Shown: positions 50,558 through 64,000 of the stretch, piece by piece | How the letters are laid out: each line of letters begins with the position of its first letter | How positions within the stretch are numbered: the stretch's first letter is position 1 | From: the human T2T-CHM13v2.0 reference genome, Homo sapiens | Assembly: GCF_009914755.1 (NCBI RefSeq) | Contig: NC_060931.1 | Direction: 5' to 3' (one strand) | DNA: 64,000 nt | Made by a program: the position numbers and the translations under genes | Notes under the pieces: generated by a model | Databases searched by the model: none | What the model saw: only the letters and a program-made list of their open reading frames with translations | What the model was told of the DNA's origin: nothing

Positions 50558-50589
50558 GGAGTTGGTATAGATTATCGTTCAGGGCATGG

Positions 50590-50770
50590 AAGACTGACTC
50601 TGGAGCCTCATACTTGAGCCTGAACCCTAGCTCTGTCACGAACTTGCTCTGCAGCTGTGGACAAGTTCCTCAGTTTCCCTAGTTGCAAAATGAAAATAAT
50701 AATAGTGCCTAACTACTTCTTGGGTTGCTGCGAACATTGTGGGGGTTAATATATGTCAAGGCACTTGGTA
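50590..50770 (+). mobile_element. MIR
   Basis: CTAGCTCTGTCACGAACTTGCTCTGCAGCTGTGGACAAGTT...GTTAATATATGTCAAG. Confidence 0.7.
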
Positions 50771-51232
50771 TGCCCTCAAATCCTACTTCAGCAGGATTGT
50801 CACCTCCTTGCCTGAGGCAGCAATTTGGCCTTGATGACCATTGCATTTACAAGGCTCATCACTTAGTAGGCGTTCCGTAAATATTTGGATCCATAAATAT
50901 TTGGCAAAAGAGCAGAGTAAATCACCCAAAATTTTCCAGAAGAGAAAGAAGTTCTTTGACTCTCACTTTATCCTCTTGTCATCTTACAAGAAGGCGCTGG
51001 GAGGAGAGTGAGCAGCCCTTGAGGACCTGGTAATAGGGCAATAAGAAATTGGAAAATAGGCCTCCAGAACTTTGAATTAAGTGTAAATTGTCTCAGAATT
51101 CTTCAGAATGTCCCAGCTCTCTGCAGGTTCAAGGAAAAGTCCTGATGCTCTTCAAATACAGTGGCAAAGTTTGGTAAAAGCTCCTTATGAAGTAACCTGC
51201 AGACATGCTTACCTCGATTTAAAGGTTAACTC

Positions 51233-52362
51233 AAACTATAAAAATCCCAGAAGAAAACCTAGGAAATAGCTTTCTTGCTATTGGCCTTGCCAAAGAATTT
51301 ATGTCTAAGTTCTCAAAAGCAGTTGCAACAAAACCAAAAATTGATAACTGGGATCTAATTAAACTAAAGAGCTTCTGCACAGCAAGATAAATTATCAAGG
51401 AAGTAAACAGACAACATACAGAATGGGAGAAAACATTCACAAACTATGAATCCAGTAAAGCTCTAATATCCAGAATGTATAAGGAACTTAAATCAGCAAG
51501 CAAAAAACAAATAACCCCATAAAAAGTGGGCAAAGGACATGAAAAGATACTTCTCAAAAGAAGATATACAAGCAGCCAATAAACATACAAAAAAATACTC
51601 AACATCACTAATCATCAGAGAAATGCAAATCAAAACCACAATAAGATACCATCTCACACCAGTCAGAATGGCTTTTGTTAATAAAGTAAAAAAATAACAG
51701 ATGTTGGCAAGGCCATGGAAAAAGGGGATACTTGCACACCCTTGGTGGGAATGTAAATTAGTCCAGCCACTGTGGAGAGCAATTTGGAGATTTCTCAACA
51801 AACTAAGAGATGCGCTACCTTTTAACCCAGCAATCCCATTACTGGGTATATACTCAAAGGAAAATAAGTTGGTCTACCCAAAGACATGCACACTCGTATG
51901 TTCATTGCAGCACTATTCACAATAGCAAAGAAGTGGAACAAACATGGTGGATTATGTAAATACAGTCTGGTACATACATACCATGGAATACTATGCAGTC
52001 ATAAAAAAGAATAAAATTATGTCCATTGCAGCAACATGTATGCAGCTGGAGGCCATTATCCTAAGCAAACTAAAGCAGAAACAAAAAAACCCAAATACTG
52101 CATGTTCTTGCTTAACAGTGGGAGCAAAACACTGAATACACATGAACATAAAGAGAAGAACAATAGACACTGGAACACTGGAACTACTAGAGGGAGAAGA
52201 CAGGGATGCGGGCAAGGGCTGAAAAACTACATTTTGGGTACTGTGCTCACTACCTAGGTGATGAGTTCAATCATACCCCAAACCTCAGCATCATGCAATA
52301 TACCTTTGTAACAAATCTGCACCTGTACCCTCTGATTCTAAAATAAAAGTTGAAAAAAAAAA
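51233..52362 (+). mobile_element. L1PB (L1PB4-like) 3' fragment: decayed ORF2 end plus 3' UTR
   Basis: [18 protein letters not shown] and WYIHTMEYYAVIKKN motifs; ends CTAAAATAAAAGTTGAAAAAAA. Confidence 0.93.
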
Positions 52363-52715
52363 ACCATAAAAAATTTTTAAAACAGTTTTCCTATGGGAGA
52401 AGAAAGGGAAGAGGGAAGAAAGGACAGGTTAGAAGTAAGACTTTATAAATGTAACTTGTTACATGATTGTTTATTTGAAATTATATAATGTTTTTATATA
52501 ATTGAAAATAAAATTAAAAGTACCAAATCTTAAACTAAAAAAAGTCAAATCCTTTTACCTTACAATAAGACAATAAATGCAGGCATCAGCCCAACATGGC
52601 CTGATTTAAAATGTACTTTTAAAGCTTCCATTTATAAAGTTCTTAACATATACCAAGCATTGTACTATGGGGTTCATTCATTCATTTGTCCATTTTTTTT
52701 CATCTACTCGTCAAG

Positions 52716-52887
52716 TTTCCACTTTCTTAGTAGTTTTGCTTGGTGGTATTTGAAATTACAGCAAAATGCTATTATGAAACTCGGTTATTTTGCTTATTTG
52801 TTTCTCCTGTCAAACCTAGTGTTTCCATGTGGGAATTCCTTCCCAACACTTCTCAGAAATTTGTATATTTTTCTGAATCTCCAGAAA
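52716..52887 (+). repeat. ~170-bp dispersed direct duplication, copy A
   Basis: About 75-80% identical by eye to 55238-55405 (shared TACAGCAAAATGCTATT, CTAGTGTTTCCAT, AATTCCTTCCC). Confidence 0.88.
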
Positions 52888-54678
52888 TTTCTTGAGTACC
52901 CGCTGTGTCAGGCACTTTGCTAGGCACTGGGGCAATGATTGTAAACAAGACGTGATCTCTGTTTTCACACAGCTTACGAGATATCTCGTCTAATCTTTAT
53001 GACAGCCCTACCAGGTACTTACTCCTATTTTCCAGAGGAGGAAATTGAGTCAGCCAGTAGTGGCACAGCTAGCTTACCAAGATTTCACAGTAGGTTTATC
53101 TGACTCCAAAGCCCTTAATCTTAAACATTGGTCCATTCTATCCCTCTTTATCATCAAAGTTGCAGCTTATTCAACAAGACTGTTTTTGTTTTGAATTATT
53201 CAGTGCTTATGATTCTGCAGTTTAATGTATTCACTAGAGTCAATTTTTCATGTCACTTGGCATTTTGGAGATCTAGCATTCCAAGTCACTGGGTCAGGAT
53301 GGTAAGATATGTAATAAGGGAACACAGTCCTGATGACACACTCAGTGTTCCACACCTTGTGCTCCTGTTAGTAACACCATCTATGAATTTGCTACGCTGG
53401 GGGCCTATAGGGTTTTTGCTGAGATTTATTCTGACAATGTGAAGCTTAAGAGTTGAAAAATTTATAAAATGGGTATATGTGAAGCTATGAATAAAACCTG
53501 GAAATCTTTTCCACTTGAATAAAATCCAGCGTCTTTTTGTTTCTGTTTATTCTGTATGAGAACATTCATGCCTCGAAGTTAAGACCTAAGGCAACATAAA
53601 TATCCTGAGATGCTTCCTTGGTCTTCTCCTATTTGGTTAGCTAGTCAATAACCTATTTTCCAAGCCTGCTATATAAAGAGCATTATGTGTGCTTTGGGAG
53701 TAGGGGATTCAGTGTAATTCCTTTCTTCTGTGTATTGAGAATATACTACATGTAAGGCAGGGTATTTTGTGTTGTGATGGATCATTCCACATTCAAAGAA
53801 ATTGACAGTGACTTCGAACACTGGCAGCTCAAGCATGTGTGAGCAGAGCCTTGATCTTAACAGAGAGAGCTGTGGTGTGGCTCAGCCTGAGCAGGGGAAT
53901 GGGGGAGGGAAAATGCAATGTGTTCGGTGACTGGTGTGGTGGGCCTGGAGTTTTGAGGTCATGGGGACCAAGGAGGAAGGGAGAGAGGATAAGTTGATCA
54001 GCTGACAAAGTAGACTGCATCCTGGATGATGATTTGGGAAGTGTGATCCATAACTGGGGGATCAAACTTGGGGGGATCAAAAATGGGGAGAAACCAAAAG
54101 TTGTTGTGATAGAGAGTGAAATGATTCTTTTTTTTTGTAGAGGGGCGGGGAAGAAGCAACAGAAGAAAGAAAGTAGAGGGAGGAGGAAGGAGATGAGAAA
54201 GGAGATGAGAAAAGGGGTGACAGGGAAAGGGATGGGGAAGGAGGGAAAAGAAGAAAAAGAAAGGTTTGCCCCAGTTTGCAATCTCCGTGGAGGTGTTTGC
54301 AGGGTCACTGGAAACTCACTTTGGGGAAAAAAAAAACTTTAGAAATATGTCTAGAGTGAGGGTTTGCAGGTCTTTCCAGTCTGACTGTGTCCCTGGTCTG
54401 CTGGTGTGGGTCGGATAGGTTATGCCTGGCTACAAAGATGGGCATGTCTGGTTCAGACCAATGTGGGGCTTCTGAAGGCTCAGTCATTCTGTATTTGTCC
54501 TCAGGTTTGAGTGGAGGGGAGGTAACGCTGGCCTGGCCTTTAAAGTCCAGGAACTACTTTCCTGTGGTTCCATCTACACTAGATTTTTAGGTCCTGGCCT
54601 GAAACTGATCTGGTTCCCCAGAGATCGCTCCCGCCGTTGGGACAGACAGTAGTACTTTTGGGACAGACAACAGCAGAC

Positions 54679-54748
54679 ACTGAAAAAGTTTGAAAATTGC
54701 TTGTCAGGCCTCACAAGGCTAAGTCAGCAATTTTCAAATTTTTTCAGT
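54679..54748. repeat. Inverted repeat with 23-bp arms and a 24-bp spacer
   Basis: ACTGAAAAAGTTTGAAAATTGCT / AGCAATTTTCAAATTTTTTCAGT, 22/23 complementary. Confidence 0.93.
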
Positions 54749-54778
54749 TTATATTTTTAGCAGGAGAACGGATCCTTT

Positions 54779-54886
54779 TTTTTTAAAATTATACTTTAAG
54801 TTCTAGGGTACATGTGCACAAAGTGCAGGTTTGTTACATATGTATACAGGTGCCATGTTGGTGTGCTGCACCCATTAACTCATCAC
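54779..54886 (-). mobile_element. Severely 5'-truncated L1PA (~108 bp, L1PA4/5-like 3' end)
   Basis: TTATACTTTAAGTTCTAGGGTACATGTGCACAA...CCCATTAACTCATCA; TSD AGAAC(G/A)GATCCTTT at 54765-54778 and 54887-54900. Confidence 0.93.
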
Positions 54887-55237
54887 AGAACAGATCCTTT
54901 AAGCAAACAAATACTTTTTGGAAAAAGCCAGATATGTTAAACTGGCAGACACGGAGCTACCATGGTTGAAAGCAGAGGGGAGCCTGATTAGCCCTGCCTC
55001 CAGGGACCCCTCAGGTGTTCTGAGCCCAGAGGGTTCCATGGAGCATGGTTTGAATACCCTGTTCTAGGGCTGGCCTTGCCAGAATCAGTTTTGTGGCCAG
55101 GGCTGAGCTGGAGCCAAGCTAAGCTCCTAGGGGATTTGGTATCAGGGAAAGGAGATGGTGTCTATGTGAGGTTAACTGAGCTGAGGGTAGAAAGCTGGTG
55201 GTGAGGTTTTAAGAGAAAAGATGGCTGCAGGGCCATT

Positions 55238-55405
55238 TTCCATGTTCCTAGTATTTTTGCTGGGTATCATTTGAAAATACAGCAAAATGCTATTGTGAAA
55301 CTCTGTGCTTTTTACTGACCTATTTCTTCTGCCAAATCTAGTGTTTCCATATGGAAATTCCTTCCCTATACTTCTTAGGAAACATGTCTTTTGAATCCCC
55401 AGAAA
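55238..55405 (+). repeat. ~170-bp dispersed direct duplication, copy B
   Basis: Homologous to 52716-52887. Confidence 0.88.
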
Positions 55406-56040
55406 AACCTGTCGAGAAATTGGGAAGAAAAGAAAAAAGGGTATTCTCTGACAAATTAAAGCTTAACAATCAACGTAGAGATATGACTGAATAGAAGCAA
55501 TTCACTGATATCATATTGAACACAGGAGCAGAAAACATGAGCACGTGGATTGTGAGGTTTGGGTTGGCATTTCTAGAAACCTAGTTAGAAGCACAGAAGA
55601 GAGAAATAACACCATTCAATGAATGAGCCAGCCTTGCTTGTAGCCACGGCCACTATGAATATGTGTTTATGAACCTCTCTGCTGCTAATGGTAACTCATT
55701 CTTGCAAGTAAAACAAATATTAATAAATTTGTATGTATAGTGTACTTTATACAAATCCTATGAGTGATATTCCAAGAGATAATGGGTTTTGGAAGCAGAA
55801 TAAGACTTTAAATGAGCAGCTTAGACTGTGACTCTGTGTAGTGCTATCTCCCAACTTTGTTGGGAGATCCGAATGTTATTTGAATACTACCCAATAATAT
55901 TTGCGGCTGTTTTTCCATGTTTGAATATCTTCTATAGGCTGCAGTTTTTCGTAAATCCTGCTAAGGTTAATATTTGTTATTAACTAAACAAATTTTTAGA
56001 TATGCACGATGATGAGTAAAATGTTTGAGAAATTTTACAA

Positions 56041-56418
<378 letters not shown>

Positions 56419-57368
56419 TGAATCCTAATTAATAGCTGTTAGGAATTTGGAAACACTGCCTGATCCAACCTCTAGTCTTGAGGCAACCATCATTTAAGTG
56501 ATCTCATATTATCGAGCTGGATCTCAACCTGATTTATGCTGTGACCATGATTTAGCAAATGTTTCCCTTTAAGACTAACCTGAAGCTAGCACAAGTGTTC
56601 ACAGTTGACTTCAAAAATAGGGATCTTTTAACCATTAAAAATGGAGAGTCGGAAGTTTTCTGCTGAAGAGTGAATGAATTATTTAATACATCTTTCTAAA
56701 GCTTTCATTTAAAATAAGCTCCCAGAGTCACTTGGGAAGTGTTTATATTTAGCTGTGTGTGTGGGAGGGGCACACACATACAGGTATGCCATGTGAGTAG
56801 AGTCAGACAACCTTCTCTCCATATGAAGTAAGGAAAGCAACGTTGCTTCTTTTGTTTTTATTTATCAATTCCTATCCACTCTGAGTTACAGCATGGAGTT
56901 TCAACATGTAAATGGTGAATCTAAGAACAATGTGAGCATTGAGCTGACTTCTCCTTTTTATTTGATTATAATGTTTATGTTTGCAGCAGAGCATTTATCA
57001 TGTCATTGCTTTAGACTTATTTTAAACCATAGGTTTATTAAAGGTTTTTTACTAAATAGATTTTAGTTTGATCACAAAGTAATTTTGTTTCCTGGAGTCT
57101 CATTTGTCTAGAAGGAACATCACATATTTATACTTAACATTTTGTGGTCAAACAATGGAAGGGAGGTGAATGTTTGAATTATTGCACTATTTATAATCAA
57201 TGTTTGACTATCACTAACTATGGTCTTCAAAAATATATTGGCTTCTCTGTTTTATAGCTGGGAGAGAAGCTGTGTTGACTTTTGCCTCTGACAGAAAAAA
57301 GGAGGAAATTTCTATGATCGAAGTTGGTGTTTAGATTTCATGGAAAGGGTGATCTTAAAAATAAATTA

Positions 57369-57744
<376 letters not shown>

Positions 57745-59574
57745 CTAGTTAAGACTTACCATGTCAGTGTATAATATGATATGAGATTTAGGTTGTGTTA
57801 GCTCCTTATGTAAGAGCCAATAATTCATTTTTTAGAGGATAATTGTCATGATAAAAGTCAACCAAAGATTTTGTCTTCATATGAGGAACTGTTATAAGAC
57901 AGAGTTGATAAAGAAAAAAAATTTTCACATCCTTGTTCACTATTACAAAGCAATAAAATAATGGTATTCTTAATTGCTGTTTCTTTGAAAATATTCCTAT
58001 CTTTAAGAATTATATTTCAAATAATTAAATATATATCACCTATTATGATATAGCCTTTTGGAACAAAATTCAATATTGTCTCATCTTCAAAAGACTAAAA
58101 TGAGTATTACAGGTGGATTCTGAACCAGGAATAGTGGTGGGAGGTTATTTTCTGTGACAGACTTTAAGTTCCTTAGGCAATGATGGAAAAGTCTCGGACC
58201 ATCCTTGGAGCAAAGTTGAGAAACTGAAAAAGAGTGAGAAATATTTTCCACATGGTTTGGGAGGGCACCCTATTATATATTTCTGGACTTGAATAGATGT
58301 AATGGATCAAACTGGACCAAACAGTCTTTTTTCCTCATGTTGGAGGTGTGGTGGGATTAAATTTATAATAACAAATTTTTTGAAAGTAACAAAGATTATG
58401 GGTTTCAGATCAACAGGTCACTAATTTTAAAAAAGGACATTACCTGACCTGTGTGGTTAGACAAGAACAAAAACATGCACTGTATGTTAGACAGTAGTCG
58501 GCCACCTTCAATCCTGTTGGGAACAATTGGAGTTGTAAATTATCAGAGAAAGAGAGAGATTCAGGTAGACAGAACTGATGGGAAATAAAAGTACTTTTAT
58601 TTTCCCATTGTAGTGAAGAAATAATCCAATTAGAAATAATGAAAGTGTGAGATTTTAAATCAGAAGGAACTAGGAGAACTCATTTAATCCGTGATTCTAT
58701 GAAGATGCCTTGGAGGAAGAGGGGAGGGGTGGTGCTTTCTAGGACAGGGGTAGGGGTTAGGAAGACCAAGAGAGAGGTGACTATGCCTTCTCAATCTGGG
58801 TGTGGGCTCCATAGAGCTACCCATGCCCACGATTGAAAGGCAGCTGCTTCCTTTTGGAGGCTGACAGGAGCATTGATAGCGCTGGCCTCAGGCGCTTGTG
58901 TATCTAAAAAGAGGAGCCCTAAGGCATGCCCTAGGAAGAACCAGGCACCCACAGCCCACACTTCCAGGGCCTATTCTCTCAAGTCAGCTGCAGCCAGGTG
59001 TGAGTCCAAATGTAATGTCAGATTGGGAACTCGACAAAAATGTGGCAAAAAGGGTTAAGGAAGTTTGAATGCCCCTTATATGCCAGAAGGTCCATTGTAA
59101 AGTTTCTTTAAAGGAGAAAATGTCAGGAGTAGTCAAGAAGATCAACATGAAAATATTTTAACAATGCCATACATGATTTAAATTAATATCCACTATCAAG
59201 GTTTCAGGGGTAGGAATATTTTTTTTGAATGCAATGCAGAGCAAAATTCTTATGTTTTTTTTTTCTGCCAACTCATATAATTCTTTCACTAGGAATTATA
59301 AAAACAGGAAAGGATTTAAAAAAATATTTGTTAGGTAATAGAGACCCCTAAAATATGCATCAGACATCTATGGCTGACTTTTGTAACATGAACCAGACCC
59401 ACCATATTGATTGCAAAAATAGAGTTGGCATTTTCCCCCCTCAGTCAGGCACTTCACAGATTAATCTCGAATTAAATATAACTTGGTCACAGTGGCAAAC
59501 TGATGACTTTAGTTTTCTCTCTCAATGCCCCCAAGGGGCAAGAAAACGTTTGCTCACTGTAAAGTTAGAGTGAC

Positions 59575-59990
59575 TGTGACAAAGGGTCCCCAAAGTATAG
59601 TGTCTTAAGAGTGAGTGATGTGAGCCAAAGCTTTCGCGATCTGCACTGGTGTGTAGCTAAGTTCCATGCAGTCACTCAGAGACTTCAGTGCCTGCTTCCC
59701 CATCCCTTTTAATTTTGCTCCTTCATCACATGGGAGCATTAAGTTTGTCTACTAAATCAAAGCTGGGACACAGGTATGTTCACATTCCAGCTAACGGGAA
59801 GGCAAGAGACAGAAAACAAAAATCCAAGGCAAGAATTTTTCTTCTAAGCAAGTGAGGCATACTAGGACACATCACTTTTGTTCATGTCCTGTTGGTGAGT
59901 ACTTAGTCTCATTAGTCCCATAGACACACCTGGCTGCAAAGGAGGTCAGGAAATGTAGTCTCTACCAGGGGGTCCATGTGCCCAGGAAGA
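59575..59990 (-). mobile_element. Old MLT1-type LTR
   Basis: CACACCTGGCTGCAAAGGAGGTCAGGAAATGTAGTCT...CCATGTGCCCAG. Confidence 0.65.
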
Positions 59991-60697
59991 AAAGAATAGG
60001 TCACAATCATTGAGACTTTGTTGTCATTGTCCTCAACGTGAGGTGGCTTAGGAGGAAAGAAAAATGTTTTTCCCATATGAACAATAAATTACAATTAATT
60101 CAGGTGTGATTGTCTTATAATTATTCTCTGAAGATCAGCGTGGTCGTCTACTTTTGCAGCTTCTCTAGGATAGTTGGACCTAGCTACCACTGATTATAAA
60201 AACAACAACGACAAAAAACTCAAAAGAAGCAAATTTGAAGTCATGTTTGAGTTTGTCCTTCCTTAGAGAGGAAAGTAACCTAGTAGAAGCAACCCTTGGT
60301 GTGCAATCAGAGGTATGAATATTTAGATCCAGCCTGGTTACTAATTCAATAAGTGACTCTGGGTGAGTCTCACTTCACTTACCTGCTCCTCGTCTGCAAT
60401 GAAGGGATTGAATTGGATCAATTTTGGCTTTAAAGACCTTGTTTAATCTTAAAAAGATGTCGTATATTCCTCAATAAAAAAACTTGGGCTTGTAGAATCT
60501 GTTAATTGAAAAGACACAAAATGAGAAAACACTACAATTAATCTAGTAGCACTTTTTAATAAATAGTAGAACATCTATTATTTATTCACCCTGCAGATAA
60601 TGTTAGATGGGCATTTAGTTTTGAGGATGCCATGGCCCCAGCTTGAAAACACTGCAGCAGGTGTTTTCAAGATGCTTTGATGCTTTAAAAGTCTTCA

Positions 60698-60973
<276 letters not shown>

Positions 60974-61629
60974 TCAACTTTGACTTCTTCATAGAAGGCT
61001 TAGGTGTGATATTAGAGAAAGAGTGTGGGAGAGCCATGCAAAGGGCATGAGTAATGTTCAGGTAGGCTCGGCTCCAGGTCCCCAGGGCTCCAAATAGAAT
61101 CTTGTACATACAGGGAAACAGCCTTGCCACCCAGCCTGCTGCAAGCCTGAGGATGCAGAGTGCAGTTTGTTTGCTGATTCTGGATGGAGTGTGGGGAGGA
61201 AGAGGAAAAGAAGCCATCACACTCAATATGAATCCTCCTCAGAGGAAATCATTTATCTTTTGCTCTGTGAAGAGTCCATGGATAAGATCTAATTTCTTAA
61301 TCAATTATTTATAGCACAGTTAAACTGGTTCCCTTTTTCCCATTTTAATTTTTCTGAAATTATTTTCTTTGACTTCACAGAAGTTTGATTCATTGTTTAG
61401 TTGTTTTTGTTTCTCTTCCACTCTCTTTGGCCCATAGCAAATCTTATAGATAATAATTTCTGCCTTTGTGAGTTATCTGTTATGGCCACTATTTTTTCCA
61501 AGTCTATAGGTCAAATTTTGCAGATCCCAATTTTGAAGAGAAGAGTTAATTCTTTCATTAATTTAAATCCTCACTATGCTTACCCTGTGCACTTTAACTG
61601 CTTGTTGATTTTTGTTTGGTTTTGTTGGG

Positions 61630-61803
61630 TTTTTATTTTTAACAGCTTTGTTGAGGCATAATTTATATACAAAGAACTTTACAAATTTAATGTGTATTAT
61701 TGAATTTAGACATTTCTAAATATATGGTACCATCACCACAATCAAGATAATGGACATATTCAACACTTGCCAAAGTTTCCTCATTTTTTTTGTTTTCGTC
61801 TTA

Positions 61804-61840
<37 letters not shown>

Positions 61841-62380
61841 TTGGCAATAACACTTAACGTGAGATCTTAAACTAACAAATCTTAAGTGCACAATTCCATA
61901 TTTTTAACTATAAGCACTACATTTTACAGGCGATGTCTAGAATTTATTCATCTAGCATAACTGAAACTTTATACCTATTGAGCTAACTCCCCAATTACCC
62001 CACCCCCCAGCACCTGGGAACCACTATTGTATTATTCTTTGCTTTTATGAATTTGACTATCAGACATATCTCGTATAAGTGGAACCAAGAAGCATTTGTT
62101 CTGTGACTGGCTTATTTCACTTAGAACAGTGTCCTTCAGATTCATCTAGTTATTGCAAATGGCAAGATTGCCTTCTTTTTTAAGGCTAGATAATGTTTTG
62201 TTATATGTGTATACAATTTTTAAAATCCATTCATCTGTTGGATACTAGGGTGATATTCACATCTTGGCTATTGTGAATAATGCTGCAATAAACATGGGAA
62301 TGTAGATATCTCTTCAAGTTCTTAATTTCACTTCTTTTGGATATATGCCCAGATGTGAGATTGCTGGATCATTTGGTATG
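61630..62380 (-). mobile_element. L1MA/L1MB 3' fragment containing (TG)16 at 61806-61838
   Basis: AACAGCTTTGTTGAGGCATAATT...TTCTGTGACTGGCTTATTTCACTTAG...GGCTATTGTGAATAATGCTGCAATAAACATGGG. Confidence 0.9.
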
Positions 62381-62829
62381 ATTCTCGCTTTTAAAATTGA
62401 TCTTGTCTTTGATATTTCTATGAACTCTTTATTTTCAATTTATTAGTTTTTAGTGTCTTCAACAAACTGTGGTTCTTTATTGAATATTTTAATCTATTTT
62501 ACTGTGTGGTTTTAGGCTTTGTCAACTTTATAGCATTCATTATGAATCGGGTAAATTTTGCGCCCAAAGCAAAGATCATTGGTAGGACAGAGGCACAAAG
62601 TCAGGCTATGTGGTAGGATTAACACACTATCGACAAATAGTGATGTCTAAATAGGAGGAAAAGGTCTTCCTTGGTACAGTCTTACATAATCACAATCTGT
62701 CTTGGACCAATATCCTGCTAAATATAAACAGGAAGCATTTCCATTAAAATCAGGAACAAGAAAATGATTCGCACTATTGTCACTATTATTTGTCCTTCTG
62801 AAACAGAGAGTAGGAAGTGTAGGCTCAGC

Positions 62830-63240
62830 GTCATAAGATCCAGGGTTTGAAATACCTGTGAGACACAGATGTGGGAAAAGAGAAGGTGTCTGGGATGTGT
62901 ATCCTAGAGCTTGAGAAAAGGGCCTGGAACAGAGATAAACAACAGGGAAGTTTAGATATGGAACTGGTAAGTGAAACCCTGAGTGTAGATGAGATCACTT
63001 AGAAGGAATGTAGATCTGAAAGGGGAAAGGGCATAGGATGGAAACCTAAGGAACTTCAACATGGATGGTGAGACAGAGGAGGGGACCCCGAGAGGGACTG
63101 TGAGGTAGGAGGGAATTGGGATAAGTTGGTGTCAGAGAGCAAAAGAAAAAAGATTTCAAAAAAGGAGTAGCTGTCAGCAATATTAGAAGTTATTGAGAGG
63201 TCAAGAAATAAGGATTGAAAAGCATCCACTGGGTTTAACA
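62830..63240 (-). mobile_element. L2 fragment
   Basis: GAGTGTAGATGAGATCACTTAG...GAGAGGTCAAGAAATAAGGATTGAAAAGCATCCACTGGGTTT. Confidence 0.8.
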
Positions 63241-64000
63241 TAAAGACTCTAAAATTATCCATACCTCACAGTCCAGGAGCCTGCTTCTAGGAATATGTCC
63301 TCCTAAAAGGAACTGAAACTGAGGCGAAAAGCTTAACTATGGTTTTGCATTGTAAAAAAGAAAAAACAAACTAATTGAAAACCTAAACATTCAACCTCAG
63401 AAATATTTTAAAATCATTTTATGTAGCAACAAAAATCCTGTTTTTGAAAAGTATTTAATGGTTTGTGAAATGGAAATAAACACACTAAAATATTAATAGT
63501 GTCTCAGAATTGGGATTATGTAAGACTGCATTTTCTACTTCATGCTTTTCTGTGTTCTCTAAAATTTTCTATAATGCGCATATGTAATTTTACAGTCAGG
63601 GGAAAACATTATTTAGATAGGTTTTTTTTTTTTCTTAAAGTGGCTAGGGGATATATTCTTGCTGACCAGGCATAATAAGCTTTAATTAGGTTCTTTCTGG
63701 CAGGATAAAAACAAGACTCAAGCCACTGAGAGAAGGATTGAGGCCAAGAAATTGGACTGTCAATTCACATAGCACATAATTTCTAATGCTTGACTCGGAG
63801 GGAGGGACAGCTGGAATCTCTTATGGTATTTTTGTTCTACCTGCTGTACTCCGTCTCCTGGCTTTGCCTTCTCTCTATTTGAGGAGTGTTTTGCTAGTTG
63901 TTCTGCAGGGAGAGAAGGGCAGCTTCATGTCTCACCAACTCTCACTCATAACTGAAATCTCCACTTATTTACCAAGGCTTCAAAATACAAACAAAAGAGT

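Noticed and set aside
51231-52257. ORFs with L1 ORF2-like peptides
   Set aside because: Frameshifted fragments of a dead, 5'-truncated L1PB.
53829-54342. Longest ORF (159 aa, - strand) and the overlapping 102-aa + strand ORF
   Set aside because: By-products of a purine-rich GGA/GAAA low-complexity tract that lacks stop codons.
58885-58935. TFAP2-like GCCTCAGGC / GCCCTAAGGC cluster (also TGCCTGAGGCA at 50809)
   Set aside because: Short degenerate motifs expected by chance in 64 kb.

Overview
Primate, very likely human, non-coding genomic DNA (intronic or intergenic). No protein-coding exon, RNA gene, CRISPR array or CpG-island promoter can be supported, and I cannot name a host gene. Tracked ORFs are chance frames or read-throughs of Alu, L1, MaLR and simple repeats. 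Much of the window is transposon fossil: Alu/FLAM, L1, L2, L3/CR1, MIR, THE1/MLT1, MER57, an ERV1 LTR with PBS and leader, and MER5A/MER58/MER3. Subfamily calls come from recalled consensus sequences and need RepeatMasker/Dfam confirmation. The main observation is a ~660-bp inverted duplication (23661-24328 / 25588-26245) that I do not recognise as a transposon. It sits against two separated halves of a MER5A, as expected for an old ~1.9-kb inversion with a duplicated breakpoint. It has a 97%-identical core, and its arm-to-arm transitions are strongly biased towards G-U pairs in a + strand transcript (about 45:16 by hand count), making it a candidate long dsRNA hairpin. The window also has several short template-switch-like palindromes, two dispersed local duplications, a recursive-splice-like AG|GT site, a tail-less Alu and several candidate HOX/TALE enhancers.
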